From IMG/VR virus record IMGVR_UViG_2541047722_000009: a stretch of DNA of 23,233 bases. One strand, written 5' to 3'. Below the pieces are notes generated by a model. It was not told the DNA's origin. It searched no databases and worked only from the letters and a program-made list of their open reading frames with translations. Shown here piece by piece: positions 8,061 through 15,970 of the stretch (its first letter is position 1; each line of letters opens with the position of its first letter). A program made the translations under genes and the position numbers. The stretch comes from a virus. Its lineage: Duplodnaviria > Heunggongvirae > Uroviricota > Caudoviricetes.

Positions 8061-8483
8061 GTGGCAAAAGTTTTTACACAAGAAGAGCGGGAAAAAATTA
8101 AAGGACAGGTTGTTGAACTCGTACGCCAGAGTGGGCGTGAGACGTTACGGCAACTGGAAGTCAAGACAGGTGCGACAAGATATCTGATGAGCGTTCTCGC
8201 AAGAGAGCTGGTTGCCAGCGGCGATGTATGCAACTCTGGTTACGGGTTATTCCCGTCTGAACAGGCGCGTAAGGACTGGCAAAATGCCCGTAAAAAGCTC
8301 TCAAGGGCAAAGCTGAAGAAACCATCTGCGGTTGATCCGGACCTTATCTGGTCATTACCTGACGGAGAAATACGTCGCTACGACAGGCGTCAGAACATAA
8401 TCTGTCGCGAGTGCCGGAAGAGTGAAGTTATGCAGCGCATATTGTCGTTTTATCAGGGTGATGTTCGGTATTTATTGAAGTGA
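8061..8483 (+). CDS. Hypothetical protein (possible DNA-binding protein) in the replication module
   Basis: 140-aa ORF, GTG start with AGGAGGG RBS at 8051-8057. No family recognised by eye. Confidence 0.6.
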   Translation: MAKVFTQEEREKIKGQVVELVRQSGRETLRQLEVKTGATRYLMSVLARELVASGDVCNSGYGLFPSEQARKDWQNARKKLSRAKLKKPSAVDPDLIWSLPDGEIRRYDRRQNIICRECRKSEVMQRILSFYQGDVRYLLK

Positions 8484-8614
8484 CGAGATTAAAGTGCATT
8501 AGTTCAGATGCAAATTGACATTTTGTGGCACAGGGTAGAGCTAGCGTGGTTGTCCGCTTTGTGCCAATAGCGGACATTGCTGGCTCATGGTATGTTAGTT
8601 TAAGGAGGCAGGTT

Positions 8615-9637
8615 ATGCCCTGTATTTCGCTGTGGTATAATAGTTGCGCAATTGATACAAGGGAGCGTTACATCGTGAAAATTGTTTTCGAGGTTAATGG
8701 AAAGAAAGTTCCACTAAAATCTTTAAAATACATAAGCAAAAAAGATCAACTCGAAGTAATGAAAAACTGGTTCTTTGAAAACTTTGAAGATCCGGCAAAT
8801 GCTTGTCCGTATGAAAGTAGAGAAGGTGGCTATGCTTACATATATGGCGGGCCGTATGATGCGAGCGAAGAACTACAATCCATCTTCGGTCAATATGTTA
8901 AATCTGAGTATATTGAGGAATTAGTAGATGAATTACAAACACAATGTTTTGACTGGTCTGGAAACTCAAATAATATAGATGATTGGTACGATGATGATAT
9001 CTACGACGCTGTAACGTCTTCCGGTAATCCGTATTTAAAATTCATTGATAATATCGATAAAATAAAAAAACTTGCAAAAGATAAAACTGAACAACAGCAA
9101 AAAAACCACTTGCTTAGTTTGCTCTACACGAATGTTATTACAGCTTTGGAAACGCTTTATGTTGAGCTATTCATTAATTCTATAGAGAAAGATGATGTCT
9201 ACATAGCCAATTGTATAGAAAAAGGTAAGACTGAATTTAAAGTAAGCAAAGATATTGCTGCGTTGCCTTTCAAGGGTGAACCCATCGAGAAAATTAGGGG
9301 AGAGCTAATCAGGTCAATCAAGGAACACTTGATCAGTGCAAGCTGGCATAGCACTAAAAAGGTAATCGACCGCTATGAAGCTACATTCGATATAAAAGTA
9401 CAAAAAGACTGTCCGATAGAAGCTATTGAATTGGCAACCCTCAATCGAAATCACTTAGTGCATCGTGGTGGAAAGGATAAAGAAGGGAACCTCGTAGTGA
9501 TTACAGACCAGGATCTTGAAACGCTGATTGAAAATGCATCGAACCTGGCAATTATGCTCTACAACAGTTTAAATGTAGCAACGAATAAAACCACCATTTT
9601 GCAACCAGATGACAAACCGTTCATTCATGAATTTTAA
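8615..9637 (+). CDS. Cargo protein A of AT-rich two-gene cassette: uncharacterized protein with C-terminal R-x4-H (HEPN-like) motif; candidate abortive-infection/defense effector
   Basis: Start taken at ATG 8615 (AGGAGG at 8603-8608, 6-nt spacer). Alternative GTG 8675 (AAGGGAG RBS, preceded by extended -10 TGgTATAAT at 8633-8641). Track ORF begins at 8525. Motif LATLNRNHLVHRGG encoded at ~9446-9463 in a predicted helical C-terminal region. Sharp drop in GC from ~8640. Confidence 0.7.
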   Translation: MPCISLWYNSCAIDTRERYIVKIVFEVNGKKVPLKSLKYISKKDQLEVMKNWFFENFEDPANACPYESREGGYAYIYGGPYDASEELQSIFGQYVKSEYIEELVDELQTQCFDWSGNSNNIDDWYDDDIYDAVTSSGNPYLKFIDNIDKIKKLAKDKTEQQQKNHLLSLLYTNVITALETLYVELFINSIEKDDVYIANCIEKGKTEFKVSKDIAALPFKGEPIEKIRGELIRSIKEHLISASWHSTKKVIDRYEATFDIKVQKDCPIEAIELATLNRNHLVHRGGKDKEGNLVVITDQDLETLIENASNLAIMLYNSLNVATNKTTILQPDDKPFIHEF

Positions 9638-9652
9638 TAGCGCAGGTCATAC

Positions 9653-10654
9653 ATGGATATTCGCACACGAAAGACAAAATTTTTAGAGTCGTTAGATTCA
9701 ACTGAAGTGATACGCAAAGCAGTAAGTCTCGCTATAGATTGCATTATTGATAATCATAATAGTAATGAAGATACCCCCTTAGTTATTACCAGCTATGATG
9801 ATCTCTGTAGAATCCAGGTGCTAAATTATGTACAGGAGTTTTGCGAAGCTGCATTCCCTGATATGGATGAATATTACTTTAGTCCTAACATACTTCGCAT
9901 CAACGGCAAGACTAGTGAAGAAGCTTGTATTAACTTAATTAAACTCTTAAGAAGTACAAAAGGCATGCTATTCTGGTCCGATGCCCCATCGTGGTTCGCT
10001 AGCCTCCCCGACGGATTATTCCATGTTGTTAACATTGATCAAAAAATCGTTACTCGCGGCCTTAATAAGAAAAACTCTAAGCCGACAATAATCAATAAAG
10101 ATTACAGTGTAGATACACTACTATCAGAGCTATTTTTGAATGGCGCACACATGGAGCAACCCAACGTACACAACGTTTCTGAGGGAAACATGAAGTTCTA
10201 TGATGAATGCCATGCTGGATTAATCAGACCAATACCCGCTCCAATAGGCGCGTCATACGATGAAGAGATCACAATTAATTCTCCAGATTGGCAAAAGCTC
10301 GCGTGTGTAGCTTTACGCCGCTATCAGTCGAAGGAATGTCATGACGGAATGCAATGGGATACAACCGATCATGGTTGGACTGATGTAATCGCGTATCCAT
10401 TCGTCGAAGAAATACAATCAATGGATAATAGTGGTTATCGACAATGTTTAGTTGGGCTGGTCACAATAAACAATTCAAATGCAAATTCTCCGTACCTATC
10501 TACCGTTTGGATACATCCATTTTATCGCAGGAGAGGGTTATTAAGTAAGTTATGGCCAAAATTACAAGAGTTATATGGAAGTAACTTCGAAATTGAGCGA
10601 CCTAATGAAAATATGAAAGCATTTCTGAAAAGTGCGAAACACGCAGATTACTAA
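9653..10654 (+). CDS. Cargo protein B of AT-rich two-gene cassette: uncharacterized protein, C-terminal region with GNAT-like motif pattern
   Basis: 333-aa ORF 15 nt downstream of gene A (operon). AT-rich codon usage. C-terminal LVGLVTI…WIHPFYRRRGLLSKLWPKL…NENMKAFLKSA resembles GNAT beta4-alpha3 (motif A) and motif B. Confidence 0.75.
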   Translation: MDIRTRKTKFLESLDSTEVIRKAVSLAIDCIIDNHNSNEDTPLVITSYDDLCRIQVLNYVQEFCEAAFPDMDEYYFSPNILRINGKTSEEACINLIKLLRSTKGMLFWSDAPSWFASLPDGLFHVVNIDQKIVTRGLNKKNSKPTIINKDYSVDTLLSELFLNGAHMEQPNVHNVSEGNMKFYDECHAGLIRPIPAPIGASYDEEITINSPDWQKLACVALRRYQSKECHDGMQWDTTDHGWTDVIAYPFVEEIQSMDNSGYRQCLVGLVTINNSNANSPYLSTVWIHPFYRRRGLLSKLWPKLQELYGSNFEIERPNENMKAFLKSAKHADY

Positions 10655-10970
10655 TTTATGAATCAGTCTGTGGAGTTAGGGTTGGTGTCAACAAGTAGGG
10701 TAAGAGCCTCAACGTGATGCTATGCCGACCTGCTCCCTGAGAATTCACACAGAAGGCTGCTAGCAATGTCTGCAGATCGCTCAAAGCGGACTAGAAGGTT
10801 AGCTTGCGTCGGACTTGGCGTATTTAAAGAAGTGCTGGTGGTGACTGGTTGTTGTGTTCCATTTCTACAGAACAAAATCACAGAAACTATACCCAATAGT
10901 TATATTGAATCAATGATGAGACAGCCTCATATTTATCAGAACTGGTGTACGTCCAATACAGGAGGTTGTC

Positions 10971-11060
10971 GTGCTGGTTCTCAAATGTGCGCTAGCTATT
11001 GCGGCTGTAATGGCAATTTATTGTCTTGCTGTTGTTCTTATGGATCGCCTTTCTGATTGA
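10971..11060 (+). CDS. Possible small hydrophobic peptide (29 aa, MLVLKCALAIAAVMAIYCLAVVLMDRLSD)
   Basis: GTG start 5 nt after a perfect AGGAGG (10960-10965). Single predicted TM helix. Lies in a different frame from the Cys-rich 96-aa track ORF. No homolog recognised. Confidence 0.3.
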   Translation: MLVLKCALAIAAVMAIYCLAVVLMDRLSD

Positions 11061-11271
11061 TTTTATATTGGCGAGGTGACGGGAGTTAAGTAGAATTGCT
11101 GCGGGTGCTTGAGGCTATCTGCCTCAGGCATGAACACCAAAGGCAGATAGAGAAAAGCCCCAGTTAATATTACGCGTCCTGCAAGACGCTTAACATTAAT
11201 CTGAGGCTCAATCTATGAACGGCAAATCTAGGTTAGCCTCTTACGTGCCGAAAGGCAAGGAGAAGCAGGCT

Positions 11272-11427
11272 ATGAAGCAGCAAAAGGCGATGTTAATCGC
11301 CCTGATCGTCATCTGTTTAACCGTCATAGTGACGGCACTGGTAACGAGGAAAGACCTCTGCGAGGTACGAATCCGAACCGGCCAGACGGAGGTCGCTGTC
11401 TTCACAGTTTACGAACCTGAGGAGTAA
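11272..11427 (+). CDS. hokD: Hok/Gef family type I toxin (HokD/RelF-like)
   Basis: 51-aa product MKQQKAMLIALIVICLTVIVTALVTRKDLCEVRIRTGQTEVAVFTVYEPEE, near-identical to recalled K-12 HokD (RelF). AGGAG RBS. Internal Met of the 70-aa track ORF. Confidence 0.9.
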   Translation: MKQQKAMLIALIVICLTVIVTALVTRKDLCEVRIRTGQTEVAVFTVYEPEE

Positions 11428-11497
11428 GAGACCCGGCGAGGGAGAAATCCCTCGCCACCTCTGATGTGTCAGGCATCCTCAACGCACCCGCACGTAA

Positions 11498-11522
11498 CCC
11501 GCTTCGGCGGGTTTTGTTTTTT
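11498..11522 (+). terminator. Rho-independent terminator downstream of hok (CCCGC-UUCG-GCGGG + U-tract)
   Basis: 5-bp GC stem with UUCG tetraloop followed by TTTTGTTTTTT. A perfect 9-bp hairpin with GAAA loop precedes it at 11435-11456. Confidence 0.65.
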
Positions 11523-11594
11523 CCTGGCATTCTGGTTTACAATTCGCACGCCAGCCTGAACAACTGGCACCTGCTGCGCCAGCAGAGACAACCG

Positions 11595-11873
11595 ATGGCG
11601 CACGATACCAAATTACACAATTCTGATGATTCTGCCGTCTTTGCCAGCAGGCACGGGCGGCGTTCCCGCACTTTCAAATCTGACTGGTTCCAGCATCCCC
11701 CATGCACTGAAGAACAGGCCGAGTGGCTAATTCAGTGCTACCGCAGACACGGATACGAGATTAAGAAAGCCCTCAGCCTCGATTATCGTCACTGGATAAT
11801 CTCCGTCAGGCTTCCTTACTCCGAACGATCACCGCGTCCGTCCCGCACATTCCAGCAACGCATCTGGAGGTAA
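11595..11873 (+). CDS. Hypothetical small basic protein (Rem-position)
   Basis: Internal ATG of the 135-aa track ORF, chosen because the upstream part of that ORF contains the hok terminator. Arg-rich product. Synteny with Qin hokD-rem-ydfU. Confidence 0.4.
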   Translation: MAHDTKLHNSDDSAVFASRHGRRSRTFKSDWFQHPPCTEEQAEWLIQCYRRHGYEIKKALSLDYRHWIISVRLPYSERSPRPSRTFQQRIWR

Positions 11874-11874
11874 C

Positions 11875-12921
11875 GTGCGAGTATTACTTCGACCTGTTCT
11901 GGTACCGGAACTCGGGCTGGTGATCGTTAAGCCGGGCCGTGAATCCATGCCGGTATTCCACAATACCCGGGTACTGGTGGAGCCGGAACCGAAAAGCATG
12001 CGTAATCTGCCGTCCGGGGTTGTTCCTGCCGTTCGCCAGCCGCTAGTGGAAGACAAAACATTGCTGCCGTTTTTCAGTAACGCACGGGTGATTCGTGCTG
12101 CTGGTGGTGCTGGTGCATTGTCTGACTGGCTGTTGCGCCATATTAAATCCTGCCAGTGGCCACACGGCGATTATCATCACAGCGAAACCGTCATTCACCG
12201 TTATGGTACCGGCGCAATGGTGTTGTGCTGGCACTGCGACAACCAGCTGCGTGACCAGACATCCGAATCACTCGAGCAACTTGCTCATCAAAACCTGTCA
12301 GCATGGATGATTGACGTCATACTCCATGCAATGAATGGCTCGCAGGAACGGGAATTATCGCTGGCTGAATTATCCTGGTGGGCGGTCCGCAATCAGGTGG
12401 CGGACGCGCTACCGGAAGCGGTATTACGTCGTTCGCTGGGGTTGCGTGCGGAAAAAATCCGCTCAATGTACCGTGAAAGCGACATCGTACCGGGAGAGCA
12501 GACCGCCACCAGCATACTGAAGCAGCGCACAAAAAATCTTGCGCCGCTGCCTCACGCCCACCAGCAAAACCCGCCACAGGAAGAGACGGTGGTCAGCATT
12601 GCCGTTGATCCTGAGTCTCCGGAATCTTTCATGAAACGACCTAAACGTCGCCGCTGGGTTAACGAGAAATACACACGCTGGGTGAAGACACAGCCGTGTG
12701 CGTGTTGTGGTAAGCCAGCCGACGATCCCCATCACCTGATTGGTCATGGTCAGGGCGGAATGGGGACAAAATCTCACGATATTTTCACGCTACCGCTGTG
12801 TCGGGAGCATCACAACGAGCTTCATGCGGATCCTCTGGCGTTCGAAGAAAAGCATGGTTCTCAGGTTGATTTAATTTTTCGTTTTCTTGATCACGCCTTT
12901 GCAACTGGCGTGCTTGGGTAA
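11875..12921 (+). CDS. YdfU-like protein (DUF968 family) with C-terminal Cys/His cluster
   Basis: 348-aa ORF, GTG start with GGAGG RBS. C-terminal CACCGKPADDPHHLIGHGQGG…CREHHNELH resembles recalled YdfU/DUF968. Nin-region position upstream of rusA. Confidence 0.8.
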   Translation: MRVLLRPVLVPELGLVIVKPGRESMPVFHNTRVLVEPEPKSMRNLPSGVVPAVRQPLVEDKTLLPFFSNARVIRAAGGAGALSDWLLRHIKSCQWPHGDYHHSETVIHRYGTGAMVLCWHCDNQLRDQTSESLEQLAHQNLSAWMIDVILHAMNGSQERELSLAELSWWAVRNQVADALPEAVLRRSLGLRAEKIRSMYRESDIVPGEQTATSILKQRTKNLAPLPHAHQQNPPQEETVVSIAVDPESPESFMKRPKRRRWVNEKYTRWVKTQPCACCGKPADDPHHLIGHGQGGMGTKSHDIFTLPLCREHHNELHADPLAFEEKHGSQVDLIFRFLDHAFATGVLG

Positions 12922-12933
12922 AAGAGGTGACTG

Positions 12934-13308
12934 ATGCTCATAGATTTGGTTTTACCTTACCCGCCGACGGTGAACACTTACTGGCGACGCCGTGGCAGCA
13001 CATATTTTATCTCGGAGGAGGGAAAGCGTTATCGCCGGGCTGTGGCGCTTATTGTTCGCCAGCAGCGGCTGAAATTAAGCCTGTCCGGAAGGCTGGCGAT
13101 AAAGGTGATTGCAGAGCCACCGGATAAGCGTCGTCGCGACCTGGACAATATCCTGAAAGCACCGCTGGATGCGCTGACGCATGCGGGAGTGTTAATGGAC
13201 GATGAGCAGTTTGATGAAATCAATATCGTTCGTGGTCAGCCAGTATCTGGTGGACGTATGGGGGTGAAGATTTACCCCATAATGCATGAAGAGCAGGTCA
13301 AAAAATGA
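12934..13308 (+). CDS. rusA: Holliday junction resolvase RusA
   Basis: 124-aa ORF. MLIDLVLPYPPTVNTYWRRRG… and …DLDNILKAPLDALTHAGVLMDDEQ match RusA family signatures. AGAGGTGA RBS. Confidence 0.9.
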   Translation: MLIDLVLPYPPTVNTYWRRRGSTYFISEEGKRYRRAVALIVRQQRLKLSLSGRLAIKVIAEPPDKRRRDLDNILKAPLDALTHAGVLMDDEQFDEINIVRGQPVSGGRMGVKIYPIMHEEQVKK

Positions 13309-14126
13309 AACTGGAAGATTTACCGAAATACTACTCCCCAAAATCCCCTGGCCTGACCGATGCATCGGCCTCAACGTCAAAAGATGCGCTGAGTATCACT
13401 GATGTGATGGCCGCGCAGGGCATGACACAGAATCGGGCTGAGATGGGGTTTTCTGCGTTCCTGGGGAAAATGGGCATCAGTATGAATGACAGGGCGCGGG
13501 CAACAGAATTACTGGCAGATTATGCACTCAGTCGGTGCGATCGTGTGGCGGCGTTGAGAAAACTTCCGGCAGAAATAAAACCGGTAGTGATGCGCATTAT
13601 GGCTTCGTATGCGTTTGAAGATTATGCCCGTAGCGCGGCGAGCAAAAAACAGTGCCCTTGCTGTCACGGAAAAAAATTTATTGAAAGCGAGGTTTTTACA
13701 AACAAGATCCAGTATCCGGATGGTAAGCCACCAGTGTGGGCAAAGTGCACAAAAGGCGTGTATCCGTCTTACTGGGAAGAATGGAAAAAAGTCAGGGAGG
13801 TGGTAAAAGTTGCCTGTCCGGAGTGTGGCGGAAAGGGTGAGGTTTCCACCGCCTGTAAGGATTGCCGTGGGCGTGGTGTCGCCATTCATCGTGAAGAGTC
13901 GGTAAAACGTGGTATGCCTGTTATCAGAGATTGCCAGCGTTGTGGTGGTCGTGGCTGTGAAAGGCTGCCATCAACGGAGGCATTTAATGCCATATGCAAA
14001 GTGACGAGTGCTATCACGCTTGATACGTGGAAAAAATCAGTGAAACGCTTTTACGATACGTTGGTGGTTCGGTTTGACATTGAAGAGGCATGGGCGGAGC
14101 GGCAGTTAAAGAGGGTAACGCGATAG
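13305..14126 (+). CDS. Q: Late-gene antiterminator Q (lambda Q family, with CxxC zinc-binding motifs)
   Basis: 273-aa ORF. N-terminal YSPKSPGLTD…TDVMAAQGM and C-terminal FYDTLVV resemble lambda Q (HSPKSPMMSD…TDVMAAMGM…LYDALVV). Start overlaps rusA stop (ATGA). Confidence 0.85.
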   Translation: MKLEDLPKYYSPKSPGLTDASASTSKDALSITDVMAAQGMTQNRAEMGFSAFLGKMGISMNDRARATELLADYALSRCDRVAALRKLPAEIKPVVMRIMASYAFEDYARSAASKKQCPCCHGKKFIESEVFTNKIQYPDGKPPVWAKCTKGVYPSYWEEWKKVREVVKVACPECGGKGEVSTACKDCRGRGVAIHREESVKRGMPVIRDCQRCGGRGCERLPSTEAFNAICKVTSAITLDTWKKSVKRFYDTLVVRFDIEEAWAERQLKRVTR

Positions 14127-14131
14127 TGTTG

Positions 14132-14171
14132 TTGATTTTTCCCGAATCTGTGGTAAATTTGCTCTAACGAT
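14132..14171 (+). promoter_or_regulatory. PR'-like late promoter with qut/pause element (-35 TTGATT, ext -10 TGgTAAATT, downstream AACGAT pause-inducing element)
   Basis: tggTAAATTTGCTCTAACGATGGG closely resembles lambda PR' gggTAAATTTGACTCAACGATGGG. Immediately downstream of Q. Confidence 0.65.
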
Positions 14172-14206
14172 GGGCGTTTTATGCCTGACGTTAGAAGATT
14201 TTTTAC

Positions 14207-14230
14207 ACCCCGCCGCCTGGCGGGTTTTTT
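14207..14230 (+). terminator. tR'-like rho-independent terminator
   Basis: CCCGCC-GCCT-GGCGGG followed by TTTTTT, about 45 nt downstream of the PR' start region. Confidence 0.65.
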
Positions 14231-14350
14231 ATGACTGAAATCGCGTCAGTACAGTAAACGCGCTGGTGGCGGTGAATACCTGTCTTTCAGCTTGCTGGCT
14301 TTTTCGACAAGAGTTATTGGTGTGTCACGTTAACCGGAAAAGGAAAAGAC

Positions 14351-14548
14351 ATGCTAAAACAGCAGGATATGACAGAAACCGCCAGAGTGGTGTTTAATGA
14401 ATTAAGCGTTACCGACCCGGCGACAGTCGGGGAGATAGCGCAGAATACTTACCTTTCACGCGAACGCTGCCAGTTAATACTGACTCAGCTGGTTATGGCG
14501 GGTCTGGCAGACTATCAGTTCGGTTGTTACAGACGCCTTCCGCAGTGA
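14351..14548 (+). CDS. Hypothetical small protein (65 aa)
   Basis: ORF with AAGGAAAAG RBS region, followed by a terminator-like hairpin at 14535-14558. Confidence 0.45.
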   Translation: MLKQQDMTETARVVFNELSVTDPATVGEIAQNTYLSRERCQLILTQLVMAGLADYQFGCYRRLPQ

Positions 14549-14558
14549 AGGCTTTTTT
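14535..14558 (+). terminator. Rho-independent terminator-like hairpin
   Basis: GCCTTC-CGCAGT-GAAGGC followed by TTTTTT. Confidence 0.5.
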
Positions 14559-14698
14559 ATTTGTGGTAAATGGGCGGCTGGTGGGTGTTAGGGGCACCCA
14601 CCAGCCATCTGCTCATGCGTCCGGATCACAAGCAAACCTCAGGCCCACTGCTTTGCGCAAAAGCAGAATGAGCCTATCAGAGACAGGCTTAATGATCC

Positions 14699-15748
14699 AT
14701 GCTTAATACTGTAAAAATATCCAGTTGTGAGTTAATCAACGCCGACTGCCTGGAATTTATCCGGTCGTTACCCGAAAATTCTGTTGACCTGATAGTCACG
14801 GACCCGCCGTACTTTAAAGTGAAGCCTGAGGGCTGGGATAACCAGTGGAAGGGCGACGATGATTACCTGAAGTGGCTGGACCAGTGTCTGGCGCAGTTCT
14901 GGCGGGTGCTGAAACCTGCCGGAAGTCTTTACCTGTTCTGTGGTCATCGCCTGGCATCTGATATCGAAATCATGATGCGTGAACGCTTCAGTGTGCTGAA
15001 CCATATTATCTGGGCGAAGCCGTCCGGACGCTGGAACGGATGCAACAAGGAAAGGCTGCGGGCGTATTTCCCCGCCACAGAGCGCATTCTGTTCGCGGAA
15101 CATTATCAGGGGCCGTATCGTCCGAAAGATGCCGGGTATGCGGCGAAGGGCAGTGCACTGAAACAGCATGTGATGGCCCCGCTGATTTCTTACTTTCGTG
15201 ATGCGCGCGCGGCCCTGGGGATAACGGCAAAACAGATTGCAGATGCCACAGGAAAGAAAAACATGGTGTCGCACTGGTTCAGTGCCAGTCAGTGGCAGCT
15301 ACCGAATGAAAGCGATTATCTGAAATTACAGGCGCTGTTTGCCCGGGTGGCAGAAGAGAAGCATCGGCGTGGTGAACTGGAAAAGCTCCACCACCAGCTG
15401 GTGGATACGTATACCTCACTGAACCGGCAGTATGCGGAGCTGCTGAGTGAATATAAACATCTGCGGCGGTATTTTGGCGTGACGGTGCAGGTGCCGTATA
15501 CCGATGTGTGGACGCATAAACCGGTGCAGTTCTATCCCGGGAAACATCCGTGCGAAAAACCGGCAGAAATGCTGCAGCAGATAATCAGCGCAAGTAGCCG
15601 TCCTGGTGATCTGGTTGCGGATTTTTTCATGGGGTCGGGTTCAACGGTAAAAGCGGCGATGGCACTGGGGCGTCGTGCGATTGGTGTTGAGCTGGAGACC
15701 GGACGTTTTGAGCAGACAGTCAGGGAAGTTCAGGATTTAATCGTTTGA
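14699..15748 (+). CDS. Orphan DNA methyltransferase (beta-class N6-adenine/N4-cytosine; motif IV DPPY precedes motif I)
   Basis: 349-aa ORF. DLIVTDPPY (motif IV) near N-terminus and FMGSGSTVKAAMALGRRAIGVE (motif I, FxGxG) near C-terminus. Confidence 0.9.
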   Translation: MLNTVKISSCELINADCLEFIRSLPENSVDLIVTDPPYFKVKPEGWDNQWKGDDDYLKWLDQCLAQFWRVLKPAGSLYLFCGHRLASDIEIMMRERFSVLNHIIWAKPSGRWNGCNKERLRAYFPATERILFAEHYQGPYRPKDAGYAAKGSALKQHVMAPLISYFRDARAALGITAKQIADATGKKNMVSHWFSASQWQLPNESDYLKLQALFARVAEEKHRRGELEKLHHQLVDTYTSLNRQYAELLSEYKHLRRYFGVTVQVPYTDVWTHKPVQFYPGKHPCEKPAEMLQQIISASSRPGDLVADFFMGSGSTVKAAMALGRRAIGVELETGRFEQTVREVQDLIV

Positions 15749-15797
15749 AACGGATGAGATTGCAGAATTAATTACGCACCATTATTATTCTGCTCCC

Positions 15798-15873
15798 GGC
15801 CCTTTAGCTCAGTGGTGAGAGCGAGCGACTCATAATCGCCAGGTCGCTGGTTCAAATCCAGCAAGGGCCACCA
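15798..15873 (+). tRNA. tRNA with CAU anticodon, most similar to E. coli tRNA-Ile2 (lysidine; ileX/ileZ-like); Met not excluded
   Basis: Manual cloverleaf: acceptor GGCCCTT/AAGGGCC, D-stem GCTC/GAGC, anticodon loop CUCAUAA, T-loop TTCAAAT, 3' CCA encoded. Anticodon arm matches my recollection of ileX. Confidence 0.85.
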
Positions 15874-15880
15874 TCACATA

Positions 15881-15957
15881 CCGCCATTAGCTCATCAGGA
15901 AAGAGCGCCAGCCTTCGAAGCTGGTTGCGCGGAGTTCGGGTCCCCGAAGGCGGTCCA
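15881..15957 (+). tRNA. tRNA-Arg (anticodon UCG), slightly non-canonical T-arm
   Basis: Manual fold: acceptor 6/7 bp, anticodon stem CCAGC/GCTGG with loop CUUCGAA, CCA encoded. T-loop TTCGGGT has G at position 58 and the T-stem has one mismatch. Confidence 0.65.
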
Positions 15958-15970
15958 TTATCTGTATCCT

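Noticed and set aside
8525-8614. Upstream extension of cargo gene A to the ATG at 8525
   Set aside because: No RBS at 8525. The extension has flanking-like GC content and Cys/Trp-rich translation. The strong AGGAGG-ATG at 8615 (or GTG at 8675) is a far better initiation site.
10766-11056. 96-aa Cys-rich ORF (…CASYCGCNGNLLSCCCSYGSPF)
   Set aside because: No convincing RBS. The Cys-richness looks like an out-of-frame reading of Leu/Ala/Val codons. An alternative frame with a perfect AGGAGG gives a hydrophobic peptide, which I list at low confidence instead.
11466-11594. N-terminal 43 codons of the 135-aa track ORF
   Set aside because: This segment contains the hok 3' hairpin and rho-independent terminator, so translation initiation there is implausible. 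An internal ATG at 11595 was used instead.
12043-12777. Several ORFs overlapping the YdfU-like gene on both strands (12043-12234, 12095-12310, 12317-12577, 12335-12520, 12463-12777)
   Set aside because: They overlap the 348-aa YdfU-like gene, antisense or out of frame, and have Arg/Cys/Trp-rich compositions typical of spurious frames.
13509-13889. 126-aa minus-strand ORF and 13609-13806 plus-strand ORF
   Set aside because: Both overlap the Q antiterminator gene, which has clear lambda-Q similarity.
14768-15274. 168-aa minus-strand ORF (and 15006-15230 minus)
   Set aside because: Antisense to the methyltransferase gene, which has clear motifs IV and I.
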